Positions 1 to 10,013 are shown, counted from the stretch's first letter. The stretch is DNA of 64,000 nt from Candidatus Omnitrophica bacterium UBA6249 (GCA_002441305.1 DJVT01000005.1:11704-75703), one strand, 5' to 3'. The notes: generated from the letters alone by a model not told the origin. A program made the numbers and translations.

Positions 1-811
1 TGAGCATCCTGACGGAATTAGCGATAAAAGAGAAATTTTCCGGAGATCTTCTTTTATAAGCGATCATTCTGTCGATTACCTCATCCATAATCTTAAGCCT
101 CTCCTTTGGTATAAACCCCGGAAAAACCTTGTCCCTCTGCGTCTGATCAATATTATTGGCGACGACCGGCTGAAAAATAACCCTTTCGATCTTTAATTCC
201 CTGCAAAGCTCTACGACATCCATAAGTTCTTCGATATTATCATCCATGATTGTGCATACGCTGACTATCTTGGGAAATTCGATCCCTCTATTGTCTTTCA
301 TGGAATTCAAAAGACGTATATTCTCGGTAATCCTGCCAAACACCTTCTCCCCTCTTACCTTGGCGAACGTCGCTTCAGAAGCAGCATCTATAGAAATACT
401 CAACCATTCCACTCCGGACTTAAAACATTTTTCAATATTCTCTTTATTCAGCATAACCCCATTGGTGACGATAATCGGAGACAGTCCCAGGTTTTTTGTA
501 AAAGCGACAAGCTCAAAAAGATCGCTTTTTATCAGTGGTTCCCCTCCTATAAATAAAACAGTTCTTGTCCCCAGATCCCTGGTCTCTTTTATTATTTTCC
601 TCATCGCCCGGCTGTCTATTTCTACTCTTTTCCCCTGTTTCTTCAGAAAGTCCAGCTGATCGTGCATACTGCACATCTTGCAACGAAGGTTGCAATCGAA
701 AGTAAAATTAATCTGGACCAGATCTGGAGGCACCAGGGGATAGTTTATTTTACGCGAAAGCCAGAAAAGAAAGTTTCTTCTTAACAAACTACACAGGTAT
801 TTATAGTTCAT
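1..811 (-). CDS. radical SAM domain protein (C-terminus runs off window edge)
   Basis: Absent from the ORF track because it is open-ended. My minus-strand translation from the ATG at 809-811 reads MNYKYLCSLLRRNF..INFTFDCNLRCKMCSMHDQ..VLFIGGEPLIKSD. It has the CX3CX2C cluster motif and the GGEPL motif. The start overlaps the upstream stop by 11 nt. Confidence 0.8.
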   Translation of the reverse strand, partial: MNYKYLCSLLRRNFLFWLSRKINYPLVPPDLVQINFTFDCNLRCKMCSMHDQLDFLKKQGKRVEIDSRAMRKIIKETRDLGTRTVLFIGGEPLIKSDLFELVAFTKNLGLSPIIVTNGVMLNKENIEKCFKSGVEWLSISIDAASEATFAKVRGEKVFGRITENIRLLNSMKDNRGIEFPKIVSVCTIMDDNIEELMDVVELCRELKIERVIFQPVVANNIDQTQRDKVFPGFIPKERLKIMDEVIDRMIAYKRRSPENFSFIANSVRML

Positions 812-2723
812 GATCGCAAAAACAGGGCAGCAGACAAGGCCATCTGCATCTTCCCGTCTCCTCTTTAGCGGATAAGGCTTCTTTACTCTGGAGAATTTCT
901 GCCAAGCTCCTGTTTTTTGCATCTCCGTAGGCAGAAAAACAGGTGGTACAAATACCTCTATTGGAAATCAATACGGTTTTATCCACAGAACCGCATACAA
1001 CATCACCGGAAACTAAGGAACCCCGGTAATATTTCTTCATCAAAGCAAGATTGGAAATTGAGTTTTTTATAAAAGCACCGTGTTCTTTCTTGAAAGCTAT
1101 CAACCGGTCCAAGGTTTCATCCAAGACTTCCAGTCTGTCTCCGGAAATCCAGAATTCCGACTTTTTCCTTTCCGCCATTCTCAAATTACTGGGAAGGAAA
1201 GCCTGGAACTGCAGGGAGTTAGCCCCCTGCCTCATTGCGTATTCGGCCAACCCCGGCAACTCTTCCAGATTTTGATTCAATACTATCGAAATAATATTGA
1301 AATTGACCCGGGGGAACTCTTTCTTTAACAAAGCAAGTTTGCCAACCGCCGTACTGGTCCTCTCCCAGGCAGAATCGGAATTCCTTATATAGTTATGCAC
1401 TGCGGGGCTTAAAGAATCAAGGGAAATGACCGGAGATACCGAACCGTCGATAAGATACGGTTTCAGCCTCTCTAAATGCTCCTCAACCAATAATCCGTTT
1501 GTCAAAAGACCAAGCTCTTTTATCCCGGACTTTCTTGTAAAATCGAATATCTCAAAAATGTCCTTTCTTGACAAAGGCTCTCCACCGGAAAGGGCTATTC
1601 CCTGGATTCCCAGCTTAACAGCTTCAGAAATAATTTTTTTTATGCTCGCCATATCGAGCCCTTTTTCCTTGGGAACAGTTTTCCAAATATCGCATATCCT
1701 GCAACTAAGATTGCAGGAATGGGTAATGTCCAGGATGAGCAGCCGGGGAACAGGCGCCTGCTTATCCGGCAAAGCGCATTGTTTAACAAACAGGTTTATC
1801 CTGAAAAATTCCCGTAAGTTGCCGAGAATATACAAGATTTTATGCATAATTAAACATAAATAGACGGAGATCCTCCGACCAGGGCCCTTGACCTCAAATT
1901 CTCCGATCAGCCTATTGCCCAGGCAATATGCGAATCTGGGTATTTTTATGATATTTACCAGGGTAGCAGACCAAAAAACAAATCTGCCCGTTTTTAACTC
2001 TTTTAACAAAGGGTGGTCTTCGTGCAGGAACTTCACCATAAAATTACCCCTGCCATAGGAATACGCCTGTTTCAAGAAACTTCCCAGCCGGGAATCCCTG
2101 TCATGGATAACTTTTGCCTGACGATTCCAAACAAATCTATAACCATCCTTGAAAATACGCCAGAAGAATTCCAGGTCTTCCCCTCCGGGAAGGGGGAACT
2201 TTTCGTTAAAACCGTAAGCATCGAAAATTTCCTTCCTCACTGCCGCGTTACAAGTAGGGAAAAAAATGGTTTCTTCCCTACCGCCGACCGAAGTCTCTAC
2301 GCTCCCGGTGCTTAAAAATTGGCTTACCAAGGCGAACGTCTTCCTCGTAGACGTCAAGGTATCCCCCCCTGAAGCGGCCAATCCGGGGTTAGCGTTTAAA
2401 CCCTCCAGTATCAAACTCACCCAATTGCTCTCAAGCCGGCAATCGTCATCCACAAAAGCTATAATACTGCCCTTGGCCTGCCTGGCTCCTGTATTACGGG
2501 CAACGGCCGGACCTTTACGGCATAAAGGGATATAAACGATGTTGGGAAAGACCGTGGAAAGGCTGCCGATCAGCATGCGAATACGCTCCTGGGGATAATC
2601 ATCCACTATGATTATCTCGATTTTTTCCTTGGGATAATCCTGCGCAAATATAGAACGGATGCATCTTTCAAGCTTATCCGCCCTGTTGAATGTGGGGATC
2701 ACTATAGAAACATCGAATGTCAT
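801..2723 (-). CDS. fusion protein: N-terminal family-2 glycosyltransferase + C-terminal radical SAM/SPASM-like domain
   Basis: N-terminus VSIVIPTFNR..IIIVDDYP..FVDDDC is a GT2 (GT-A, DXD) signature. Mid-protein ITHSCNLSCRICDIW (CX3CX2C) and LSGGEPL mark the radical SAM core. C-terminus CGSVDKTVLISNRGICTTC (CX13GX4C) plus CRWPCLLPCFC is Cys-rich and SPASM/twitch-like. Confidence 0.8.
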   Translation of the reverse strand: MTFDVSIVIPTFNRADKLERCIRSIFAQDYPKEKIEIIIVDDYPQERIRMLIGSLSTVFPNIVYIPLCRKGPAVARNTGARQAKGSIIAFVDDDCRLESNWVSLILEGLNANPGLAASGGDTLTSTRKTFALVSQFLSTGSVETSVGGREETIFFPTCNAAVRKEIFDAYGFNEKFPLPGGEDLEFFWRIFKDGYRFVWNRQAKVIHDRDSRLGSFLKQAYSYGRGNFMVKFLHEDHPLLKELKTGRFVFWSATLVNIIKIPRFAYCLGNRLIGEFEVKGPGRRISVYLCLIMHKILYILGNLREFFRINLFVKQCALPDKQAPVPRLLILDITHSCNLSCRICDIWKTVPKEKGLDMASIKKIISEAVKLGIQGIALSGGEPLSRKDIFEIFDFTRKSGIKELGLLTNGLLVEEHLERLKPYLIDGSVSPVISLDSLSPAVHNYIRNSDSAWERTSTAVGKLALLKKEFPRVNFNIISIVLNQNLEELPGLAEYAMRQGANSLQFQAFLPSNLRMAERKKSEFWISGDRLEVLDETLDRLIAFKKEHGAFIKNSISNLALMKKYYRGSLVSGDVVCGSVDKTVLISNRGICTTCFSAYGDAKNRSLAEILQSKEALSAKEETGRCRWPCLLPCFCDHEL

Positions 2724-5437
2724 CTACTGCTCTCCAAAAGTATCCTCCCGTTAAAATATGGATATTCCCCGGCGGACAACTTTTCCTTCCCCGCCTTCAG
2801 GCATTGCAACATCCTGCCTCTATGATAAAGATCGGAATTAAGCAGGTTCACCTGCCATTCTTCCCCCATGCCGTCTGGGGCAATCCCGATCTCCGGGAAA
2901 GCTTTTCCTGCGCAAGAATCCGGGGCCAAAATTGGGTATAAACCGCTTTTATTTATTCCGGCCGAAAAAATAACCTGCCAATCATCGTCTATATCTCCGG
3001 TAAAATCCGGCAAGACGCCTTCGTTCCCCGCGGAGGACCATTTATCATAAAATTCAGAAAGCATGATATTTGTCTGAAGGCGGTCTACTTCTAACCCCTC
3101 TTCTACTATCATGGCTATGGCGAGCTTTATGCTATGCTCATTTTCCAGGCTGATCCGCCATTCCTGCCTGAGCGGCAGGTGTATCCATTTAAAAGAAATA
3201 GCTGCCTCCCCTGCGCGGATTCCGGATTCACAAACTGCGCATGTAACGGAATCATGCCACTTGCCTCTTGAGCGTAAAGAAGTATACAATCCCAACCCTT
3301 TAGTTATCTCTCTTCCCATCCAATATATCCTGCAAGTATTGTTATCCAATTGAAACTCTAAGTTGCCGTTCTTAAGTACAGGTTTTGATTGAATAGGGAG
3401 ATATTTTTCTCTCTCACAGGACCTTAACCAGCCCATAAACAAATCGTGCCGTCCGGGAGAAACCCTGGTATTCGCTTCAGGGTCAATTTTGTATATACGC
3501 AGCTCCCTCGCCGTAGATAAAATGTCAGTATTAAAAAGCTTGAAAAAGTTATTCAGGGCCTTGCCGAAACCGGCAGCAACGCAAAGTTCCGGATTCGCAC
3601 TGTATAATCTGATTTCTCCCGAGGAAATGCATTTTTGAAGCACGTCCTCATACGAATCTGAAAACTCCGCCGGGAAAAAACCTTGCCCGGTGTCCGTACG
3701 ATAAGCATCAAAAACGGGAGAGAAATTGAACTTCATGCAAGACTGTTCGATATCTATCTCTTTGAAAACATCGATGCCTACCTTCCAGAAAATAGTGCCT
3801 TCAGGGCCGATCTCAAAACACCACTCCTGGACAACCGGCAAACCTTTCCATTCTCCTCTGGCAACCAATTGATTCCCATTTCTCTTCGCCAAAGTCCAAT
3901 GCGCAGTTCTCGAAGAATAAACATTCCCTGCCATGCTCATCTGCACGGTAAGATTACCGCCTTTGGTTAACGGGTAATCTTTATAATAAAACATACCCTG
4001 CCCCTGGGTAAACTTGAACCTCAGATTTCCGTCTGTTACTACAGACCCGTTTTGCAACTTATGCAAATACCCGTTCAAATCCGGAGTATTTATTATAATC
4101 CTGCCGGAAAAATACCCGAACTTGCTGCCCATATCCTCGGTATAATTTTGCAGCCATTTTCTATAATATTGTAAAACCCTGCAACTAGATAAATAATCCC
4201 CGTTGAATAATTTAAACCCGCTTGCTGGATGTATTTTTTCTTGCTCTATTACAAAAGATGGAACTTGCTCTCCAAGAGAAAATACCCCCGTACACGCTGA
4301 AAAGTTGTCATCATCCATAACAACATGCCAAGCGTTATCCTTACTGCCGATTTCCGGAAAAACCCCCTGTTTCTGCTCAGTACACCATTGACTGTATTCA
4401 TCGGTTAACATTGCATTCAAACATCCATCCTGGATCTGCAGGGGTTCCCGGGAATCCATGACTATCTCCAGCGATATCGCATTGTCCTCCGATATCCACG
4501 CCTTAAGCAGCTGAGAGCAGTTTAATTGATGGAATTTACCGGCGGCTTCAATCTGCCCTCCCTCGCTCACAGAAACTTCCCAGTCCGCCTGAAAAGAATT
4601 GTACCACCGGTCAGTAAGAAAAAACGAGGCGTAAACCCCGGAACCCGGGGTCAACAATCTGCCCCGCCAGTTAACAAAAAGGCGCCCGTTGTTGAAAACA
4701 AGCTGAATTTCCCCTTTTTCCGATATTCCAATCCCTTTTTTAGTACCGACTGTCTGGGTATACAACGCTACAACATCGTCGGTCAATCCGTCCTTGATCA
4801 GTCTCCCTTCTTTAAGCAAAAGCGTTCTCCCGCAGATTCTTTTAAGCATATTCATGTCATGGAGCACAAAAACAATGGTTTTCCCGGAGCTCTTCAGCTC
4901 AAATATCTTTTTTATGCATTTTTTCTGGAAGAATTCGTCGCCTACAGCCAAGGTGTCATCGATAACGAATATCTCCGGATCAACATGGACAGCTACGGAA
5001 AAAGCAAGCCGTACGAACATCCCCTGAGAATAACATTTTACCGGAGCATCCATGAATTTTCCGATTTCCGCGAAATCAACGACTTGCTGGAATTTTTCCT
5101 GCGCCTGGCTCGCGTTTAATCCAAAAAGCTCAAACTGCAAAAAAACATTTTCCCTCCCCGTGAGCTCCATTTGAAAACCCGCGCCTAACTCCAGCAGCCC
5201 GGATACGCTCCCTGAAACGCATATTTGACCACGGTCCGGCTTTAGCATGCCGGTAATCAGTTTTAAAACGGTGGATTTCCCGGAACCGTTTTCTCCGATT
5301 ATCCCCGTTATCTCCCCGCGCTCCAAGGCAAAACTGACTCCTCTCACGGCCCAAAAATTCTCCCAGGCAGTCTTTCCCGGAGAGGCAAACTTGATGCGAT
5401 ACATCTCCCAAACGTCTTTAAATTCGATTACGGGCAT
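2720..5437 (-). CDS. polysaccharide/O-antigen-type ABC exporter ATP-binding protein (Wzt/TagH-like) with ~650-aa C-terminal triple-repeat extension
   Basis: Walker A GENGSGKST, signature YSQGMFVRLAF, Walker B IFVIDDTLAVGD, H-loop VLHD. Residues ~240-905 form three related ~225-aa modules. 4-nt overlap with the downstream gene. Confidence 0.85.
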   Translation of the reverse strand: MPVIEFKDVWEMYRIKFASPGKTAWENFWAVRGVSFALERGEITGIIGENGSGKSTVLKLITGMLKPDRGQICVSGSVSGLLELGAGFQMELTGRENVFLQFELFGLNASQAQEKFQQVVDFAEIGKFMDAPVKCYSQGMFVRLAFSVAVHVDPEIFVIDDTLAVGDEFFQKKCIKKIFELKSSGKTIVFVLHDMNMLKRICGRTLLLKEGRLIKDGLTDDVVALYTQTVGTKKGIGISEKGEIQLVFNNGRLFVNWRGRLLTPGSGVYASFFLTDRWYNSFQADWEVSVSEGGQIEAAGKFHQLNCSQLLKAWISEDNAISLEIVMDSREPLQIQDGCLNAMLTDEYSQWCTEQKQGVFPEIGSKDNAWHVVMDDDNFSACTGVFSLGEQVPSFVIEQEKIHPASGFKLFNGDYLSSCRVLQYYRKWLQNYTEDMGSKFGYFSGRIIINTPDLNGYLHKLQNGSVVTDGNLRFKFTQGQGMFYYKDYPLTKGGNLTVQMSMAGNVYSSRTAHWTLAKRNGNQLVARGEWKGLPVVQEWCFEIGPEGTIFWKVGIDVFKEIDIEQSCMKFNFSPVFDAYRTDTGQGFFPAEFSDSYEDVLQKCISSGEIRLYSANPELCVAAGFGKALNNFFKLFNTDILSTARELRIYKIDPEANTRVSPGRHDLFMGWLRSCEREKYLPIQSKPVLKNGNLEFQLDNNTCRIYWMGREITKGLGLYTSLRSRGKWHDSVTCAVCESGIRAGEAAISFKWIHLPLRQEWRISLENEHSIKLAIAMIVEEGLEVDRLQTNIMLSEFYDKWSSAGNEGVLPDFTGDIDDDWQVIFSAGINKSGLYPILAPDSCAGKAFPEIGIAPDGMGEEWQVNLLNSDLYHRGRMLQCLKAGKEKLSAGEYPYFNGRILLESSR

Positions 5438-6238
5438 CTAAATCCTTTTTAACACTTCATTCTCGCATTTAACCGACACCAACATGCCGCAGAACAGGCT
5501 GAAAATGCTCCATAGCGCAGCCTTACACAACATTCCCGGATCCGGGGCCTTCGCCCAAAAAAATATGTCTTGATAGCAAACAACGAAAGAGGAAAACGGG
5601 TTGAGGTCAAAAACCCATCGGAATTTACCGGGGACCATGCCGATAGTGTAAAAAACGGGAGTCACCCAAAACCAAAACATTAGCACTGTCCCTATCAATT
5701 GCTCCAGGTCCCGGAAGAGGATATTGATTACACTAAACAATACAGCCATCCCGGAAGTAAAAACAAGCGTCAGCAGGAATAATGCCGGCAAATAAATAAA
5801 CAACGGGATAGTCTTGGGACTGCGTATAATAAAAATAGGGCACACTATGCACCAGCTGACCAGGAAATTCATAAAGTGCGACAACACTACCCCCAGAGGC
5901 AGGACCTCCTTGGGCAGGCCGAACTGATGCAAAACGCCTCTTTGCGTCAACAAGGAAGGAGACGCTTCGCACAGGGTTCCGGAAAAAAACATCCAAGGCA
6001 AAATTCCCGCAAGGACAAAAAAACCGAAATCTTTGATCTCCGCTTTAAACACCGCAGTAAAAACGAAAGTTATCGCCAGCATTATCAAAACCGGATTTAC
6101 CGCCACCCAGAATACCCCTAAGAAAGAACCGGCATAACCGGCCTTGAATTGCTTCAGCCCCATACCCCATAAGGCACGGCGAAAATTATAAATCTTTTTC
6201 AGCTTCTCTCCTGCAGATCCCAAAATATATTTATCCAT
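5438..6238 (-). CDS. ABC-2 type polysaccharide exporter permease (Wzm/TagG-like)
   Basis: 266 aa with about 6 hydrophobic helices. N-terminus ..RRALWGMGLKQFKAGYAGSFLGVFW is typical of the ABC-2 family. It abuts the ATPase gene with no gap. Confidence 0.8.
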   Translation of the reverse strand: MDKYILGSAGEKLKKIYNFRRALWGMGLKQFKAGYAGSFLGVFWVAVNPVLIMLAITFVFTAVFKAEIKDFGFFVLAGILPWMFFSGTLCEASPSLLTQRGVLHQFGLPKEVLPLGVVLSHFMNFLVSWCIVCPIFIIRSPKTIPLFIYLPALFLLTLVFTSGMAVLFSVINILFRDLEQLIGTVLMFWFWVTPVFYTIGMVPGKFRWVFDLNPFSSFVVCYQDIFFWAKAPDPGMLCKAALWSIFSLFCGMLVSVKCENEVLKRI

Positions 6239-6246
6239 ATCGGCAG

Positions 6247-7746
6247 TTAATCCTCTCGCCTGGAATTGCGCCCTTCGATGCTCTCGATAGAATCCCGGTA
6301 AAAAACAGCCTCTCCGGAAGAAGACCCTAAAAAAACCTCCAGCACTATCCTATCAGAATATTCCTTCTTTATCTTCCCCCGCAACTGACGCCCATCTTTA
6401 AAACGGACCACGGATACGTCCCGCCCACCGCCCTTATCCGGTAAGCTATAACTGCTTAATCTCGATATCTCGTTTTTTATAAAATCTTCGCCTGCCGAAA
6501 GCCGCCTGGCCTGTTCCATCGCCCTAACGGCCGACTGCGCATCCTGCATCTTCTCGCTTATCTTGGCCAAAGTCAAATAAGCCTGGCGGTAACGGGGATA
6601 ATCCCTGATTAATCCATCCACCACCTCCTTGGCCTTGCTTGTCTGACCAAGCCCGCTTAGAGCGTAAGCATAATTATTTAATATCTCCGCGTTGCCGGGA
6701 TCAAGCCGGAGCTTCTCCCGGCAAGCCTGCGCCTCTTTTTGATATTCAGCAAGTGCCGTATTTCGATCCGATAGATTGTCGTAAATGTCGGCAAGGCTGT
6801 TATGTAAACCTGGGTAGTCGTTTTCCAAGGCATTCAGTTTGTTGTACTCGGCAATCGCCTCTTTGAACATTTTATTGTCGCGATACAAACTGCCTAAACT
6901 GAAAACATAATCCGGGTTATCGGGATCAAGGCTTACGGCTTTTTTCATGTAGTTTATCGCTTCGGAGTACTGCTCAAGGTGCATCAAAGCCAATCCAAGA
7001 TCATTATAGGCAGAGGCATCTTTTTCATCGAGAGCCGCCGCCCTCCTGGCGTAAAACAACTCCTTCTTAAAATCACGCTTCCTGAAGTATATCTGACTTA
7101 ACAGCTTATATGCATAACTGAATTTTGGATCCAGGGAAAGCGCCTTATTCAAACTCAATTCGGAATTGATATAATCCCCTGAAGAAAAATAATAATATCC
7201 TAAAGTATACTCGGCGACCGCCGAATCGGGACAGATAACAAGCGCATTTTTTACCAGGGAAAGCGCCTTGGCGCTCTTTCCCGCCAGGAAAAATTCGGTG
7301 CCCTTATTTAAAGTGGAAACCATAAAAGCCTGGCAGCAATCTCGGGAGAGCTTTTCGATTTCTGCGTCTCCGGGGTTCCCCTCCAGAGCGGATTTCACCG
7401 TATTCAACGCCTCCTCATGCATCCCCGCCTGCGAGTACGTCTCCGCCAGAGATTTATATCCGTTCAGGGACGAGGGATTTATTGCCAGGGTCTTTTTGTA
7501 TTCGGCCGCCGCCTTAAGGTAATCCCCTTTATCCCTGTATGCTTCGGCAAGCCCAAAATGCCCCCTCCAGGAACGCGGATTTACCATCAAAGCCTTTTCA
7601 TAAGACTTAGCGGCCTCTTTTGGCAAAGAGCGTTCCAGGTAAAAATTACCTTGGTTGTAGAAAAATGCCTCCACCTTATCTTTGGCGATGTATAAAAAAA
7701 CGGCTACCACCGCCGCAAGGACGAGCAATTCAAGCGCTCTTCTCAT
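6247..7746 (-). CDS. membrane-anchored tetratricopeptide (TPR) repeat protein
   Basis: N-terminal TM LELLVLAAVVAVFLYIA, followed by more than 10 34-aa repeats with the A..Y..AL..NP pattern. Confidence 0.8.
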   Translation of the reverse strand: MRRALELLVLAAVVAVFLYIAKDKVEAFFYNQGNFYLERSLPKEAAKSYEKALMVNPRSWRGHFGLAEAYRDKGDYLKAAAEYKKTLAINPSSLNGYKSLAETYSQAGMHEEALNTVKSALEGNPGDAEIEKLSRDCCQAFMVSTLNKGTEFFLAGKSAKALSLVKNALVICPDSAVAEYTLGYYYFSSGDYINSELSLNKALSLDPKFSYAYKLLSQIYFRKRDFKKELFYARRAAALDEKDASAYNDLGLALMHLEQYSEAINYMKKAVSLDPDNPDYVFSLGSLYRDNKMFKEAIAEYNKLNALENDYPGLHNSLADIYDNLSDRNTALAEYQKEAQACREKLRLDPGNAEILNNYAYALSGLGQTSKAKEVVDGLIRDYPRYRQAYLTLAKISEKMQDAQSAVRAMEQARRLSAGEDFIKNEISRLSSYSLPDKGGGRDVSVVRFKDGRQLRGKIKKEYSDRIVLEVFLGSSSGEAVFYRDSIESIEGRNSRRED

Positions 7747-9043
7747 TACTCACAGCCTCCGCCGCATGCTTACCGTCCAGCATAGCGTCCTCCATAGACA
7801 TATAGCGCCAGCTTCCGTAACGGCCGCAGGAAATCACATCGTTCCCCGTCAAGAATTCCTTGATTACCGCTGTAGCTTCCGGATAATTTTCGTCATATAC
7901 GGGGTAGCCGTATTTTATATCATTGATATCCAAAACAGATATTTTATTATCTCTACCCAGAATCCCGCTGGAAACAAGATCTTTTATTACCCTCTTGGTT
8001 ATATTCTTCTTGTCTAAGGGCCTTCGCTTGGAATAGGCAACTTCCGCATATACGGCGCCTTTTCCCGCGGGAGCCGCGCTATGAGAAAAATTATGAAAGA
8101 ACCCCGCCCTAAAAAACGAGGTGCTCTTGTGTGGAAAATATATCCAGTGTCTTCCGGGTTGGCATTTTCTTTTTACCCCTATATTCAAATTAAATATGGA
8201 ATTCCAGCGTAATTTATTGAAGGCAACGGAAAGCCTTCTTGGCAAAGGATTGAGTATCTTCGCCAGTTCAGGCAAAGGTATGGTCGAAATCAATAGGTCA
8301 AACTTAATTTTGCCTTTGCCGCGGGCAACTAACTCTTTTCTTTGTAAGTCAACGGAATCAACTTTGCATTCCTTAAAAACGTTTTTCAATCCACGTTCAA
8401 AGGCCAAAGGAAGTTGCTCTATTCCCCCGGAGCGGGGATACCAAAACTCGGAATTGTAACCAAAGCGCCCTTTGTTTTTCCCGAAAAAACCTTTAATCAC
8501 CTCCGAAGGCTTAGGTTGAGGAATAAAATTACCGGTCCAGGTATAAATCATCTCTTCCAGGGGCACCGTCCAGAATTTATCGTTATAAGGAAGCATAAAA
8601 TGCCTGGCAATGCCTGCTCCGAAGGACTGGTCGATCCATTCCCTAAAGTTCAAAGCGCCTCTCTCGCCTGATTGAACCGCCTTCAGGAATCCCAAAAGGC
8701 ATTCCTGGCCTATGTTGTCGGGCAAGGAATACAAATTAGCCTGGAAGGGATATGGGCTAAAAATGCCGAAGTTGCTGATCCAGGCGCTTCTTTTGTGGGA
8801 AACAATATTCCCGTTCAGAAGCCTTTTTACCAAACGGAATATATATTTATCCCTGAAATGCAGCAAGTGGCCGTCGCAATCAAAGCTAAACCCTTTGAGC
8901 TTCCTGGATTTACACAACCCTCCGACTGCATGATCCTTCTCAAAGACCGAACAGTCCAGGGCTTTCTCCTGAAGATGCCAAGCTGCGCTCAACCCGGCTA
9001 ACCCGGCCCCTAAAATAACGACTTTTTTATTGTTCACGGACAT
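7730..9043 (-). CDS. FAD-dependent oxidoreductase, UDP-galactopyranose mutase-like
   Basis: Dinucleotide fold VVILGAGLAGLSAAWHL..FEKDHAVGG. The motifs FMLPYNDKFWTVP and FWYPRSGGIEQL resemble eukaryote-type UGM motifs as I remember them. It sits in a glycan operon. The specific activity is an inference. Confidence 0.55.
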   Translation of the reverse strand: MSVNNKKVVILGAGLAGLSAAWHLQEKALDCSVFEKDHAVGGLCKSRKLKGFSFDCDGHLLHFRDKYIFRLVKRLLNGNIVSHKRSAWISNFGIFSPYPFQANLYSLPDNIGQECLLGFLKAVQSGERGALNFREWIDQSFGAGIARHFMLPYNDKFWTVPLEEMIYTWTGNFIPQPKPSEVIKGFFGKNKGRFGYNSEFWYPRSGGIEQLPLAFERGLKNVFKECKVDSVDLQRKELVARGKGKIKFDLLISTIPLPELAKILNPLPRRLSVAFNKLRWNSIFNLNIGVKRKCQPGRHWIYFPHKSTSFFRAGFFHNFSHSAAPAGKGAVYAEVAYSKRRPLDKKNITKRVIKDLVSSGILGRDNKISVLDINDIKYGYPVYDENYPEATAVIKEFLTGNDVISCGRYGSWRYMSMEDAMLDGKHAAEAVSNEKSA

Positions 9044-10013
9044 CTATCTGTATTAATTTCCAAAATAAAATCACGCTGGAGAAAAACACCGTTATAATAA
9101 TAGCGATGGCTGCATAATTAGAAACCCTGGTCAACAGGACACCGGCGGAAGAAAAAATCAAACACAGCAGGAACATGAACAAAATCGTCTTTACGGGTCC
9201 CGCGGCATGAAGCCTTATCCGGAAAGCGATATGGTCATCGCTTTTCTTGAAAGGTATTTTTCTTTTCATAACCCTGAAAACGATAAGCAGCAATGTATCT
9301 ATAATGGGAAGCCATAAAATCAATACCGGGCTCAATAAAGCGAAGGCGTTCTCTTCGGAAGCATAACGCAGAATCAAAACAAAGGCGCAGATCAAAAAAC
9401 CCAGTAGATGGCTTCCCGAGTTTCCCAGATACGCCCTTGCCGGAGGCAGATTAAACACAAGGAAACCCAGGCTGGCTGCGCATAAAACCAAAAAACATAT
9501 CTGCATGTTGATATCCGGATTCAAAAAAGACACGGTTAACAAAGCGCTGCTGACGATCACGGCTACGCCCGCGGCCAGGGCATCCATTATATCCAGCAGG
9601 TTAAAAGCATTGGTAACTCCCAGGATCCAAAAAAAGGTGACCAAGGCGTTGCCCCAGAATCCGAGATACATTATATCGGTAGAAACCCCCAGGGAAATCA
9701 GGGCAACGGCACACGCCGATTGAAACAAAAACTTCTGGAGCACGGATAATTCCTTTAAATCATCTACCAGGCCGAATAAAAACACCAGAGATGAAACCCC
9801 GATAACCGGAATTATCCTGCCCGGGGGGACCCCAAATACATAGGCTCCGAAGAAATACCCCGCGGTAAAAGAAACAAAAATAGCAATCCCGCCCACCAAA
9901 GGGACCCCTTGCGCCTGCAGCAGTTTCCGCCTTAACGCCCATTTGCCCAAAACAAGGACGCTAAGCATGCTAAAGACCAAAACCCCGGAGAACACAATAA
10001 AATACCTGAGCAA
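9027..10013 (-). CDS. polyprenyl-phosphate sugar-1-phosphate transferase (glycosyltransferase family 4, WecA/MraY-like)
   Basis: About 10 TM helices. Motifs VDDLKELS and NAFNLLDIMDALAAG correspond to the canonical NAxNxxDGxDGLA, here with the Gly positions substituted. Confidence 0.8.
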   Translation of the reverse strand: MLRYFIVFSGVLVFSMLSVLVLGKWALRRKLLQAQGVPLVGGIAIFVSFTAGYFFGAYVFGVPPGRIIPVIGVSSLVFLFGLVDDLKELSVLQKFLFQSACAVALISLGVSTDIMYLGFWGNALVTFFWILGVTNAFNLLDIMDALAAGVAVIVSSALLTVSFLNPDINMQICFLVLCAASLGFLVFNLPPARAYLGNSGSHLLGFLICAFVLILRYASEENAFALLSPVLILWLPIIDTLLLIVFRVMKRKIPFKKSDDHIAFRIRLHAAGPVKTILFMFLLCLIFSSAGVLLTRVSNYAAIAIIITVFFSSVILFWKLIQIDVREQ

